Shown here piece after piece: positions 30,470 through 40,236 of a stretch of 64,000 bases of DNA (the stretch's first letter is position 1; every line of letters starts with the position of its first letter). Source of the stretch: Thermoanaerobaculia bacterium (GTDB taxonomy: Bacteria > Acidobacteriota > Thermoanaerobaculia > Multivoradales > JAHEKO01); the NCBI GenBank assembly GCA_947259925.1, contig CAMYOG010000036.1, forward strand, positions 36,208 to 100,207, read 5' to 3'. Made by a program: the position numbers and the translations under genes. The notes under the pieces were generated by a model. It did not search any database. It was not told where the DNA came from and worked only from the letters and a program-made list of their open reading frames with translations.

Positions 30470-31315
30470 TCAGAGGCTGCCGAGCAGCCGGCTCGCTTGC
30501 GCCGCTTCGGGGGCGTGCGGCGCCATCGCCAGGAAGCGATCGAGGTCGTTGACCAGCAGATCCTTGCGCCCGATCTCATTGGCCGCCAGACCCCGGTAGT
30601 AGTAGGCGTACGCGATCCCGGAGTTCATATCGATCGCCTGGGTCAGCGTGTCGATGGCGGCGTTCCAGTCCTTCTTGAACGCCTGCGTGGCACCGATCTG
30701 ATAGACGACCCGGGCGTCCCGCGGACTGGCGCCGCGCGCCTTCTCGAGGGTGGTGATGGCCTGGTCGTAGCGTCCCAGCCCCTGTTGCGCGACACCCAGG
30801 AAGTAGAGTGCCTCCGCGTCGTCCGGTGCCCGGTCGAGAATCGCCTCCGCCCGCTGGGCGGCGCGAGCGAACGCGTCGTTCGCCTGGCCGGTGTTGCGGG
30901 AGCGGAGGTGGGCCTCACCGAGGTAGACCAGTGGCGCGGGATCGCCGTCGGCGGCATCGGCGGCTGCGGTGAGCCGGCCGATCGCCTTGGAGGTGTTGCC
31001 CTCCTGCTCGAGCACGCGCCCGTCGGCGATCTGCAGGTAGACGTTCGAGTCGAGCGCCTCGCCCGCCAGCAACGCCCGAGCCGCGTCGGTGTCGTAGGCG
31101 AGCAGACGCCTGTCGACGTCCTGGACTACCCGCGGCGGGGCGGCCGACCTGCTCGGACTGTCGCCGGTCTCGGTACCGGTGGCGGTCTCCGAAGACTCGG
31201 CCTTGTCCTTCTTCTTCTTCTTTTTCTTCTTCTTCCCGGCCAAACCTTCGTCGGCGCTGCCCACGAGCAGGGCCAGGACCAGAAGCCAGCTGAGCTTTCT
31301 CGCGTCCGTCGTCAT
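30470..31315 (-). CDS. secreted TPR-repeat protein with poly-lysine tract
   Basis: Start at MTTDARKLSWLLVLALLVGSA (signal peptide), then the K9 tract and several TPR units (ALYFLGVAQQGLGRYDQAITTLEKA..). The track's upstream extension was rejected. Confidence 0.75.
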   Translation of the reverse strand: MTTDARKLSWLLVLALLVGSADEGLAGKKKKKKKKKDKAESSETATGTETGDSPSRSAAPPRVVQDVDRRLLAYDTDAARALLAGEALDSNVYLQIADGRVLEQEGNTSKAIGRLTAAADAADGDPAPLVYLGEAHLRSRNTGQANDAFARAAQRAEAILDRAPDDAEALYFLGVAQQGLGRYDQAITTLEKARGASPRDARVVYQIGATQAFKKDWNAAIDTLTQAIDMNSGIAYAYYYRGLAANEIGRKDLLVNDLDRFLAMAPHAPEAAQASRLLGSL

Positions 31316-31359
31316 CGTCGCTCTCCTACCAAGCAAACCGGGTGCCAGCCTCCTGGGTG

Positions 31360-32163
31360 TCAGTCGATGGTGACGTCGTCCAGGCCCTCCTCGGGATCGG
31401 GGAACCGGATGTTCAGCCCACGGAGTCGGGCCACCAGGGCCCTGGTGATGGCGAGGTTGCGGTACCACTTCTGATCCGCCGGAATCACCCACCAGGGCGC
31501 GTGCTCCGTGCTGCACCGCGACAGGGCGTCCTCGTAGGCGGCCATGTAGTCCGGCCATTGCCGGCGCTTGTCCAGATCGCCGCGCGAGAACTTCCAGCGT
31601 TTTTGGGGCTCGTCGAGACGGTCCTGGAAGCGCTTCTTCTGCTCGTCGAGCGAGATGTGGAGGAAGAACTTGAGGATCGTGGTCCCGGTAGCGGCCAGCA
31701 GCCGCTCGAAGTCGTTGATCATCTCGTAGCGCTCGCGCCAGACCTCCTCGGGGACCAGGCGATCGACCCGGACGACCAGCACCTCCTCGTAGTGCGAGCG
31801 GTTGAAGACGCCGATCATGCCGGTGCCCGGAACCGCCTTGTGGACACGCCAGAGGAAGTCGTGGGCGAGCTCCTCGCGCGACGGCACCTTGAACGAGGTC
31901 ACCCGCACGCCCTGGGGGTTGACGCCCTTGAAGACCCTGCGGATGGTGCCGTCCTTGCCGCCGGCGTCCATCGCCTGGAGGACCACGAGCACCTTGCGCC
32001 TGCCCTCGGCGTAGAGGGCGTACTGCAGGTCGGCGAGCTCCTTGCGGAGCTTCCGGAACTCGCGCTCCGCCGCGTCGCGGTCGTCGTGGAAGTCGTCGGC
32101 GCGGGTCGACAGGTCGGCCAGCCGAACCCGTGTCCCCGACCTCACGATATGAGTCTCGGGCAT
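31360..32163 (-). CDS. ppk2: polyphosphate kinase 2 family (polyphosphate:nucleotide phosphotransferase)
   Basis: VLVVLQAMDAGGKDGTIRRVF (Walker A-like), REELAHDFLWRVHKAVPGTGMIGVFNRSHYE and APWWVIPADQKWYRN. Confidence 0.9.
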   Translation of the reverse strand: MPETHIVRSGTRVRLADLSTRADDFHDDRDAAEREFRKLRKELADLQYALYAEGRRKVLVVLQAMDAGGKDGTIRRVFKGVNPQGVRVTSFKVPSREELAHDFLWRVHKAVPGTGMIGVFNRSHYEEVLVVRVDRLVPEEVWRERYEMINDFERLLAATGTTILKFFLHISLDEQKKRFQDRLDEPQKRWKFSRGDLDKRRQWPDYMAAYEDALSRCSTEHAPWWVIPADQKWYRNLAITRALVARLRGLNIRFPDPEEGLDDVTID

Positions 32164-32208
32164 CAGCCTGGATTCTACTCCTCGACGCGCCGGGTAGACT
32201 TCCGCTCG

Positions 32209-33633
32209 GTGCACCTTCCCCTCTGGGTAGCGATTCCGGTCCTGCTGCTCGCGGCGGTCGCGGTGCTCGACCGCTTGCTCAAGCCGGGCGTCCGCTGGTT
32301 CCTACGGCAGCGCGTCAACCACGCGCTCGAGGAGGCGAACCGTCGCCTCCGCATCCGGCTTCAGCCGTTCAAGCTGACCCGGAGGCGGGTGCTGATCGAT
32401 CGGTTGATCCACGACCCCGAGGTGGTCGCCGCGGCCGACGAGCACGCGCGGCGCCACGACATGCCGCGCGCGGTGGCGATGGAGAAGGTCGGGCGCTACG
32501 CGCGCGAGATCGTGCCCGCCTTCAACGCCTACGTCTACTTCCGCTTCGGCTTCTGGCTGTCACGTCTGGTCGCCCGCACCCTCTACCGGGTCCGGTTGGG
32601 GGCCATCGACGAACCGGCGCTCCGCCGCGTGCCGGCCGATTCGACCCTCGTCTTCGTGATGAACCACCGCAGCAACCTCGACTACCTGCTGGTCTCCTAT
32701 CTGGTCGCGGAGCAGACCGCGCTCAGCTATGCGGTAGGGGAATGGGCGCGGGTCTGGCCGCTCGAGACGCTGGTCCGCTCGATGGGCGCCTACTTCGTCC
32801 GCCGCCGGTCGCGCAACGATCTCTACCGCCGGGTGCTGGCGAGCTACGTCGCGATGGCCACCAACGAGGGGGTGACCCAGGCGGTCTACCCCGAAGGTGG
32901 CCTGAGCCGGGACGGCCGCATGGCGCCGCCCAAGCTGGGGCTGTTCGACTACATGCTCAGGTCGTGGGATCCGGACGGCCCCCGGGATCTCGTCTTCGTG
33001 CCGGTCGGTATCAACTACGATCGGGTCCTGGAAGACCGTACGCTGCTACGCGATCTCGATGCGAGCGCCGAGAAGGTCGGCGTGCTCGCCTCGGTCTGGA
33101 CCTTCCTACGCTTTGCGGCCAACAACGTCCGCCTGGCATCGATCGGCCGCTGGTACCGATTCGGCTACGCCTGTGTGAAGTTCGGGCGACCCCTGTCGAT
33201 GAAGGCGTACGCCGCCGAGCCTGGGATCGTCTTCTCGGCGCTGGAGCGAGCCGAGCGCTTCGAGCTCGTGGCCGAGCTCGCCGAGGAGCTGATGGATCGA
33301 GTGCACGAGGTGGTGCCGGCGCTGCCGGCCGCGCTGGTCGCGACCGTGCTCCTCGAGGAGCCGGACCGTCCCCGTAGCGAGCTCGAGCTCAAAGCGTCTG
33401 CCCAGGCGGTGATCGAGAGGCTCGAGGCGCGCGGCGTCTCGGTCTACGTGCCGCGCGCGGACCGCGACTACGCGATCCGGGTCGGTCTGCGCATGTTGAC
33501 TCTGCGGCGCGCGGTGGAGGAGCGGGAAGGGCTCTTCTACACCGTTCCGCGCGAGCTGCCGCTCCTCTCCTACTACGCCAACTCGATCGGCCCGCGTCAC
33601 CCCGACGCTCTCATCGCGGGAGCCGGAGCGTGA
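32209..33633 (+). CDS. PlsB-like glycerol-3-phosphate / lysophospholipid acyltransferase
   Basis: HX4D motif (VMNHRSNLDYLL) and a YPEGGLSRDG motif. GTG 32209 was chosen; the in-frame ATG 32149 would overlap the divergent ppk2 start by 15 nt. The track's 31342 start is antisense shadow. Confidence 0.75.
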   Translation: MHLPLWVAIPVLLLAAVAVLDRLLKPGVRWFLRQRVNHALEEANRRLRIRLQPFKLTRRRVLIDRLIHDPEVVAAADEHARRHDMPRAVAMEKVGRYAREIVPAFNAYVYFRFGFWLSRLVARTLYRVRLGAIDEPALRRVPADSTLVFVMNHRSNLDYLLVSYLVAEQTALSYAVGEWARVWPLETLVRSMGAYFVRRRSRNDLYRRVLASYVAMATNEGVTQAVYPEGGLSRDGRMAPPKLGLFDYMLRSWDPDGPRDLVFVPVGINYDRVLEDRTLLRDLDASAEKVGVLASVWTFLRFAANNVRLASIGRWYRFGYACVKFGRPLSMKAYAAEPGIVFSALERAERFELVAELAEELMDRVHEVVPALPAALVATVLLEEPDRPRSELELKASAQAVIERLEARGVSVYVPRADRDYAIRVGLRMLTLRRAVEEREGLFYTVPRELPLLSYYANSIGPRHPDALIAGAGA

Positions 33634-34079
33634 GCAGCTTGAACCGGCACCAGCGCCGCTTGGCGATCGTCCTGCTGGTAGGGCTGGTCTGGGCGCTGGT
33701 CGAGCTCTGGCCGTCGATCTCCGGCCGCTCCGACCTCGCCGGGTCGGGAGACGTCGCGGTCGACGCGGCGTACGATGCTCGCGCCTCGGGCCGGATGCTC
33801 GAGGTCGAGGGGGTCGTCGAGCGGCTGCTGGCCGACGATCTCGAGGGGAGCCGGCATCAGCGGTTCATCCTCCGGCTCGCCTCGGGGCGGACGCTGCTGA
33901 TCTCACACAACATCGACCTCGCTTCGCGAGTGCCACTCGAGCGGGGCGACCAACTGGAGGTACGTGGCCAATACGAGTGGAACGAGCGCGGCGGGCTGCT
34001 GCACTGGACCCATCACGATCCCCAGGGTCGGCGCGCCGGCGGTTGGATCCGGCACCGGGGACAGACCTACCAGCGCTGA
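33630..34079 (+). CDS. DUF3465-like small secreted protein
   Basis: GTGA overlap with the previous gene. Has an N-terminal hydrophobic anchor and the block HQRFILRLASGRTLLISHNIDLA..GDQLEVRGQYEWNERGGLLHWTH. Confidence 0.6.
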   Translation: MSSLNRHQRRLAIVLLVGLVWALVELWPSISGRSDLAGSGDVAVDAAYDARASGRMLEVEGVVERLLADDLEGSRHQRFILRLASGRTLLISHNIDLASRVPLERGDQLEVRGQYEWNERGGLLHWTHHDPQGRRAGGWIRHRGQTYQR

Positions 34080-34092
34080 CCTGGCGGCGGGG

Positions 34093-35064
34093 CTAGAGCA
34101 GGTCGTTCTCGCGCAGCCACTCCTTGTTCAGCTTCGAGAGATAGCGCTCGCCCGAGTCGGGGAAGAGAGTGACGACCAGGGCGTCGTCCGGTAGCTCGCG
34201 CGCCACCTGCCGCGCTCCGGCGGCGGCGGCGGCGGCGGACGAGCCGACGAAGATCGCCTCGACCTGCGCCAGCTCGAACACCGCTCGATAGGCGGTGCGG
34301 TCGTCGATCTGGATCACGTCGTCGACCACCTCCATCCAGATGCTCTCGGGCAGCAGATCCTCGCCGATACCGTCGATCAGGTACTGGTGGATCTGGTCCT
34401 CGGGAGGCATCTCACCGGTCTCCTGGAGATGCTTGTAGACACTGCCGATCGGGTCGACGCCGATCACCCGGACCTCGGGATTCTGCTCTTTCAGGTACTT
34501 GCCGACCCCGCTGATCGTGCCGCCGGTTCCCATCCCCGCGACCCAGTGGGTCACCCGGCCGTCCGTCTGCCGCCAGATCTCCGGGCCGGTCGTCCGATAG
34601 TGCGCCTCGGGATTGGCTTGGTTGTAGTACTGGTAGGGGAGGAACGCTCCCTGCTCGTCCCGGATCCGCTCGGCGACCTTGTAGTACGAGCGGGGGTCAT
34701 CGGCCGCCACGTCGGTGGGACAGACGATGACCTCGGCGCCGTAGGCCTTGAGCAGGCTCACCTTCTCGGCCGGGATCTTGTCCGCCGAGGTACAGATCAG
34801 CTTGTACCCCTTCAGGGTGGCGGCGATCGCCAGCCCGACGCCGGTATTGCCGGAGGTCGGCTCGACGATCGTGTCGCCGGGCTTGAGCCGTCCGTCGCGC
34901 TCGGCGGCCTCGATCATCGAGATGCCGATCCGGTCCTTGACGCTCGAACCGGGGTTGAAGTACTCGATCTTGGCGGCGACGGTACCGCCGTCTGGCGAGA
35001 AGCGATCGAGCCGTACCAGCGGCGTGTTGCCCAGCGTCTCGAGGATGTCGTTGTAGAGCTCCAT
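34093..35064 (-). CDS. PLP-dependent cysteine synthase family enzyme (CysK/CysM/CBS-like)
   Basis: LGNTPLVRL, KIEYFNPGSSVKDRIG (PLP lysine), TSGNTGVGLA and YYNQANPEAHYRTTGPEIW. Start at MELYNDIL (35064). Confidence 0.9.
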   Translation of the reverse strand: MELYNDILETLGNTPLVRLDRFSPDGGTVAAKIEYFNPGSSVKDRIGISMIEAAERDGRLKPGDTIVEPTSGNTGVGLAIAATLKGYKLICTSADKIPAEKVSLLKAYGAEVIVCPTDVAADDPRSYYKVAERIRDEQGAFLPYQYYNQANPEAHYRTTGPEIWRQTDGRVTHWVAGMGTGGTISGVGKYLKEQNPEVRVIGVDPIGSVYKHLQETGEMPPEDQIHQYLIDGIGEDLLPESIWMEVVDDVIQIDDRTAYRAVFELAQVEAIFVGSSAAAAAAGARQVARELPDDALVVTLFPDSGERYLSKLNKEWLRENDLL

Positions 35065-35097
35065 GCCGAGTCGCCAAAGTAGCACAGCGATAGCCGC

Positions 35098-36054
35098 TCA
35101 GTGCCGCCCGAGAACCAGTGTTCGTAGCCTCACTTTGGCGCGGCCGAGCCAACCGACCCGGCCGATGATCAGCACCGGCGCGCGAGTCGCAACGTCGAGA
35201 AAGACGCGCACGTCGCCGCGCATCCCGAGAAACCGAAAATCGGTGTCGCGGGTCTGCGGCTCGACCCCTCGGCCACCGACCCGCACCCGGAGCGTCTCGA
35301 GCTCGCCGTTGCGACGCCGAGAGCGCCCGTTGTCGACCTCGACCAGGTCGACCTCGATCGTCTCGCGCGCTTCGACCACCAGGTCGACCGCCATGACCCG
35401 GCCCTTGCTCAGGACATAGGTCGTGACCCGGTCGCCGGGCTCGGCCAGGTCCGCTGCTCCGAGGGTGAAGAAGAGCCCGGTCGCCTGGCCCAGCACGGCG
35501 TCGGCCCCGAGCGGTGGGAGCTCCAGCAGCCAGTCGGAGCAGTTGCTCCACTCCTCGGAGGGGGCGTCGACCTCCCGCTTGGTCGGCTTGCGGCTGTCGA
35601 CGTGCACTCCGTCTCGGGCGAACCTGAGAACACGGTTGCGATGGTCCTTGTGCCGTCGGCCGGTCTCCAGCTGGGTGCGCTGGAGCGCGCCGCCGCGGGA
35701 ATCGAGCATCAGATCGAGGCGCGAGTGCTTGCCGAGCCCCTCGGTCTCGAGCTGCAGCAGCCACCCGCCGGCGCTCGGTGCGGGCAGCCACTCGCCCGTT
35801 CCGGGATCGATCAGACGTTGACGGATCTCCGCGGCGGTCATCCGCCGCAGCTCGAGCCGGCTCTCGAGCGAGAGACCGAGCTTGGAAGCCTCGAAGCGGA
35901 GCTCCGACCAGCCGATCCGTCGGGGGTCAGGGGCGCTCGCCAGGGCTGCGGACGGCAGCAGCACGGCCGCCAGGAGGAGCGACAGTAGAGGTCGAGCGGC
36001 GAGCGGTCCTTGCGACTGATTCGGCACCAGAGCAGAGAGGGGAGCAAGGGCCAT
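35098..36054 (-). CDS. hypothetical secreted protein (DUF3108-like by pattern)
   Basis: Signal peptide LLSLLLAAVLLPSAALASA. The body is beta-rich and ends ..VRVFLDVATRAPVLIIGRVGWLGRAKVRLRTLVL. The family call is tentative. Confidence 0.55.
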   Translation of the reverse strand: MALAPLSALVPNQSQGPLAARPLLSLLLAAVLLPSAALASAPDPRRIGWSELRFEASKLGLSLESRLELRRMTAAEIRQRLIDPGTGEWLPAPSAGGWLLQLETEGLGKHSRLDLMLDSRGGALQRTQLETGRRHKDHRNRVLRFARDGVHVDSRKPTKREVDAPSEEWSNCSDWLLELPPLGADAVLGQATGLFFTLGAADLAEPGDRVTTYVLSKGRVMAVDLVVEARETIEVDLVEVDNGRSRRRNGELETLRVRVGGRGVEPQTRDTDFRFLGMRGDVRVFLDVATRAPVLIIGRVGWLGRAKVRLRTLVLGRH

Positions 36055-36174
36055 GCCTGCGCGGCCCGCTGCTATGCTACCCGGCCTCGCGGGAGATCAG
36101 ATGAGACGAGGGACAGCGCTCGCAGGACGCGAGCGGATCCCGTACTGGAACATGGGCGAACCGGACGGCGAGGA

Positions 36175-37152
36175 GTGGCGACCGCGGTCGGTCCGCTAGC
36201 CGGGCGGCGGCCACGGCTGCTCTCCGGTCACTTCTGGACGCTCGCTGGGTACCTGCGCAACCAGCTCGGCCGGCAGCGTGCGCCGGCGTCGAAGCGGTTC
36301 GAGCAGCCGGTGCAGGACCCTCGGCTGGGAGAGGTGCGGCTCTCCGGTCGCCTGAGTGAGGCCGGCGACCGCGGTCTGGTGGTCGTCTTGCACGGCATCG
36401 CCGGCAGCTGCGACAGCGGCTACGCGGTCCGGGTCGCCCGGGCAGCCCACCGGGCCGGATTCTCCTGTCTGCGCCTCAACATGCGCGGCTCCGATCGCTC
36501 GGGCGAGGACCTCTTCCACGCCGGCCTGACCGAGGATCTGCACGCGGTGCTCTCTTGTCGGGAGCTGTCACGTTTCCGATCGCAGCACGTCCTGGGCTAT
36601 TCCCTCGGCGGTCACGTAGCTCTGCGGGCGGCGACGCAGGAGGTCTCGCCACGTCTGCGGTCAGTCGCGGCGATCAGTTCGCCGCTCGACCTCTCGGCGT
36701 GCGCGACCGCGTTCGACCGGCCGGCGAGCTGGGTCTACCGGCGACGGATCCTGGCCGAGCTGTCTGGGCTCTACCGACGGGTAGCCGCGCGCCGCCGGCT
36801 GTCGGTGTCGCCCGATCGCGTAGAGATGGCCCGCTCGCTGCGCGAGTTCGACGGACTGACCGTCGCCCCCCGGTTCGGCTTCGACGACGCCGAGGACTAC
36901 TACCGGCGGATGAGCGTCGGGCCCCGTCTCGCGTCGCTCCGAGTCCCGGCGCTGCTGGTCGTCGGCGTCTCGGATCCCCTGGTGCCGCTGGCGACCCTGG
37001 CGCCGTACGCGAGCCCACCCCCGGCAGCTTTGCAGGTCGCATGCGTCGATCCCGGTGGACACGTCGGCTTTCCCGCCACGGCGGGCCTGGGCCTCGATGC
37101 ACCGAGCGGGATCGAGCGTCAGGTGCTCGCCTGGCTCGCGACTCGGTCCTGA
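36175..37152 (+). CDS. alpha/beta hydrolase (YheT-like)
   Basis: VVVLHGIAGSCDSGY, nucleophile elbow GYSLGGH and a C-terminal DPGGHVGF. The start is uncertain: GTG 36175 was chosen because the track's 36010 start overlaps the divergent gene. Confidence 0.7.
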   Translation: MATAVGPLAGRRPRLLSGHFWTLAGYLRNQLGRQRAPASKRFEQPVQDPRLGEVRLSGRLSEAGDRGLVVVLHGIAGSCDSGYAVRVARAAHRAGFSCLRLNMRGSDRSGEDLFHAGLTEDLHAVLSCRELSRFRSQHVLGYSLGGHVALRAATQEVSPRLRSVAAISSPLDLSACATAFDRPASWVYRRRILAELSGLYRRVAARRRLSVSPDRVEMARSLREFDGLTVAPRFGFDDAEDYYRRMSVGPRLASLRVPALLVVGVSDPLVPLATLAPYASPPPAALQVACVDPGGHVGFPATAGLGLDAPSGIERQVLAWLATRS

Positions 37153-37198
37153 CCGGGGGCGCGTTGAAGCCCTTGCTGTATCATGAGCACCACTAGGA

Positions 37199-37897
37199 AT
37201 GCGACGACCCCCTCGAAGATTGGTCTTCATCCCCAATGCGGTCACGGCGGCGAGCATCACCGTCGGCTTCCTGGCGATGTTGGCAGCAGCCGACGGTCGC
37301 TACGAGCTGTCCGTCTATCTGCTGTTCGTCTGCATCTTTCTCGACATGGCGGACGGCCGGCTGGCCCGCGCGCTCAAGGTGACGAGCAAGTTCGGCCAGG
37401 AGATGGACAGCCTGAGCGACACCGTCAGCTTCTGTGTCGCACCGGCTTTCCTGGTGCAGCGGAGCGTCCTGGCGCCCCTCGAAGGGGTAGGCGTAGCGGT
37501 CGCGGTCCTCTACATCCTGGCAGGGGTTTTCCGGCTGGCCCGTTTCAACCTGACGAGCGACGAGCACACCAAGTCCCGCAAGACGCTGGGCGCGCCGACG
37601 CCGGTCGCGGCCGGGTATCTGATGGCGCTGGTGCTGATGCGCGACCAGGTCCCGGTCCCCGCGGGCGCGGCCCTGGTGCTGATCATGGGCATGCTGATGG
37701 TCTCCAGAATCCAGCTTCCGGAGCTGCACGGCAAGGGGATCGTCAGCACGATGCTGCTGATCGGGGTGGCGAACTACCTCGCTCTGGTCATCTGGCCGAG
37801 CTGGTACACGGTCATCTGGTGGAACATCTGGAACGCCGTGATCCTGGTCACCGCCCACCGTCAGGACCGGCGCCTCGAGCTCTCCGAGTCTCACTAG
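37199..37897 (+). CDS. pssA: CDP-diacylglycerol--serine O-phosphatidyltransferase (CDP-alcohol phosphatidyltransferase family)
   Basis: Signature DMADGRLARALKVTSKFGQEMDSLSDTVSF (DG..AR..G...D...D) in a multi-TM protein. Confidence 0.85.
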   Translation: MRRPPRRLVFIPNAVTAASITVGFLAMLAAADGRYELSVYLLFVCIFLDMADGRLARALKVTSKFGQEMDSLSDTVSFCVAPAFLVQRSVLAPLEGVGVAVAVLYILAGVFRLARFNLTSDEHTKSRKTLGAPTPVAAGYLMALVLMRDQVPVPAGAALVLIMGMLMVSRIQLPELHGKGIVSTMLLIGVANYLALVIWPSWYTVIWWNIWNAVILVTAHRQDRRLELSESH

Positions 37898-38017
37898 GTC
37901 GCAGAAGGGGACGGGGATGGGTACGAACGGCGGAGCGTCCTTGCCCGCTGTATCCTCTGACTGCGGCCCCGGGCCTCGTCAGCTCGAGAAAGCTCTGTTC
38001 GAAACCGTCTCCGGATC

Positions 38018-40213
38018 ATGAATCGCCTGGCGCACGAGAGCAGCCCGTACCTGCTCCTCCACAAGAACAACCCGGTCGACTGGTACCCGTGGGGCGAGGA
38101 GGCTCTGGCCCGGGCCCGCCAGGAGGACCGGCCGATCTTCCTGTCGGTCGGCTACTCGACCTGCTACTGGTGCCACGTGATGGAGCGCGAGTCGTTCTCC
38201 GACCAGGAGATCGCCGAGCTGATGAATCGGGAGTTCGTCAACATCAAGCTCGATCGGGAGGAGCGGCCCGACCTCGACGAGATCTACATGACGGCGACCC
38301 AGGTCCTGACCCAGCATGGCGGCTGGCCGAACTCGGTCTTCCTGACGCCCGATCTCGAGCCGTTCTTCGCCGGCACCTACTTTCCGCCCGACGATCGGAT
38401 GGGGATGCCGGGCTTCCGGAGGGTGTTGCTGTCGATGGTCGAAGCGTGGAAGGGTCGCCGATCGGAGGTCGAGCAGCAGGCGAGCGAGGTTGCGGAGGCG
38501 ATCCGCCGGTACCTCGAGGAGCGCGCTCAGCCGAGCGCCTCGCCGCCCGCCGCCGGACTGGCGCGCGCGTCCCTCGACGCGCTCCGCCAGCGCTTCGATC
38601 CGGAGTGGGGCGGCTTCGGTAGCGCGCCCAAGTTCCCGACGCCGTCCAACCTGCTGCTGCTCGAGGAGTTCGTCGAGGAGGACCCCGAGGCGACGCGGAT
38701 GCTGACCGAGACTCTCGACCAGATGGCTCGCGGCGGGATCTACGACCGGCTCGGCGGTGGCTTCCATCGCTACGCCACCGACCGGGAGTGGCAGATCCCG
38801 CACTTCGAGAAGATGCTCTACGACAACGGCCTGCTGCTCGAGCTGTACGCTCGTGAGTGGGCGCGCCGCGGCGATCCCGAGACCGCTCGGGTCGTGCGCG
38901 CGACGGTCGGCTATCTGGAGCGCGAGATGAGTGCCGACGACGGCTCGTTCTGGGCCGCCCTCGACGCCGAGACGGACGGCGTCGAGGGGGCGTTCTACGT
39001 CTGGACCGCCGATGAGCTCCGCGGCGTGCTGGGCGCCGAGGACTTCGGGTTCCTCGCCCCGCTCTACGGTTTCGACGGCCCGCCGTTCTTCGAGGGTAGC
39101 CACTACGTCCTCCACCTGCCACGGCCGCTCGAGGAGCAGGCGCGGAAGCGCCGCATGGCGCTCGACGACCTGGTGGCTCAGATCGAGCCGCTGCGGGCTC
39201 GCCTGTTCGAGGCTCGTGCGGAGCGTCCGGCGGTCCTCACCGACCACAAGGTGATGGCCGACTGGAACGGCATGGCGATCGCCGGCGTCGCCGAAGCCGG
39301 TCGCCTGCTACCGGAGCCGACGTTCGTCGCGCGGGCGGAGCGGGCGGCCGAGGCGGTGCTCCGGCTACTGCGGAGCGACGACGGACTCCTGCACGTACGG
39401 CGGGGTGAGCAGGCGCCGGTACCGGCCCTGCTCGCCGATTACGCCTTTCTGGTGCGCGGACTGCTGGCCCTCCACCGGGCGGGAGCGGGCGATCGCTGGC
39501 TCGAGGTCGCATGCGGGCTGACCACGGAGCAGCTGGAGCGCCTCGAGGATCCGGCTGGAGGCTTCTTCACCACGGCCGCGAGCGACGATCTTCTCGGTCG
39601 CAGCAAGGAGGTGTTCGATGGCGCCACGCCGGCCGCCAACTCGATCGCGGTGCTCAATCTGCTGGATCTGTCAGAGCACACCGGCGAGCGGCGCTGGCGC
39701 GAGGCGGCGGAGCGGACCTTGCGGGCCTTCGGCGGGCTGGTCGAGAAGCTCCCGGATGGTGCGCGCATCATGGCGCTGGCGGCTCGGCGGGCGGCCGGCC
39801 CCGAGGCGCCGGAAGCTCCGGCCGAGGAGCCGGTATCGATCGAAGCGGGCTGGAGCTCGGAGCCGACCGCCGATGGCTGGCGCGGCTTCGAGGTGGTCCT
39901 GCGGATCGACCAGGGCTGGCACCTCTACGGCCCTTCGGTCGAGGGCTTTCCCCGCGTCGAGGTCAACGCCTCGTCCGGCGAGGTCAGGAATCTCGTCTAT
40001 CCCGCGGGTGAGAACGACCGGATCGAGCTCGACGGCGCGGGCCTCGAGACCTACTCCGGACGGGTGACGATCGGCGGCGAAGCGCGCGCCACCGAGGGAC
40101 CGGTCCGTCTCGCGGTCGCCTTCCAGGCGTGCGAGCGGGACCGATGCCTGACGCCACGAGTCGTCGAGGTCGAGCCCGGAGACGCCGCCGCGGAGCCGCC
40201 ACCGGCGCCCTGA
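38018..40213 (+). CDS. thioredoxin-domain (DUF255/YyaL-type) protein with C-terminal DsbD-alpha-like domain
   Basis: N-terminus [39 protein letters not shown], then an alpha/alpha-barrel-like middle. The C-terminal ~125 aa match the DsbD N-domain pattern ([28 protein letters not shown]). Confidence 0.8.
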   Translation: MNRLAHESSPYLLLHKNNPVDWYPWGEEALARARQEDRPIFLSVGYSTCYWCHVMERESFSDQEIAELMNREFVNIKLDREERPDLDEIYMTATQVLTQHGGWPNSVFLTPDLEPFFAGTYFPPDDRMGMPGFRRVLLSMVEAWKGRRSEVEQQASEVAEAIRRYLEERAQPSASPPAAGLARASLDALRQRFDPEWGGFGSAPKFPTPSNLLLLEEFVEEDPEATRMLTETLDQMARGGIYDRLGGGFHRYATDREWQIPHFEKMLYDNGLLLELYAREWARRGDPETARVVRATVGYLEREMSADDGSFWAALDAETDGVEGAFYVWTADELRGVLGAEDFGFLAPLYGFDGPPFFEGSHYVLHLPRPLEEQARKRRMALDDLVAQIEPLRARLFEARAERPAVLTDHKVMADWNGMAIAGVAEAGRLLPEPTFVARAERAAEAVLRLLRSDDGLLHVRRGEQAPVPALLADYAFLVRGLLALHRAGAGDRWLEVACGLTTEQLERLEDPAGGFFTTAASDDLLGRSKEVFDGATPAANSIAVLNLLDLSEHTGERRWREAAERTLRAFGGLVEKLPDGARIMALAARRAAGPEAPEAPAEEPVSIEAGWSSEPTADGWRGFEVVLRIDQGWHLYGPSVEGFPRVEVNASSGEVRNLVYPAGENDRIELDGAGLETYSGRVTIGGEARATEGPVRLAVAFQACERDRCLTPRVVEVEPGDAAAEPPPAP

Positions 40214-40223
40214 CCGACGGCGG

Positions 40224-40229
40224 TATACT
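40224..40229 (+). promoter_or_regulatory. candidate -10 hexamer TATACT, 7 nt before the NfeD ATG
   Basis: TATACT at 40224-40229 and ATG at 40237, with no purine-rich Shine-Dalgarno sequence between them. Confidence 0.3.
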
Positions 40230-40236
40230 GGCCTCG

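Noticed and set aside
31342-32148. N-terminal 269 codons of track ORF 31342..33633
   Set aside because: This part is antisense to the clearly real ppk2 gene. The acyltransferase homology only begins after about nt 32200.
32149-32163. 15-nt head-to-head overlap of the ppk2 and acyltransferase start codons
   Set aside because: It depends on choosing ATG 32149 for the acyltransferase. The in-frame GTG 32209 removes the overlap, and the choice cannot be resolved from sequence alone.
37913-37928. GGGGATGGGTACGAAC upstream of the thioredoxin-domain gene as a third locus of the REP-like family
   Set aside because: It has 3 mismatches to the 16-nt core and no convincing inverted partner nearby. That is too weak to call without a genome-wide profile.
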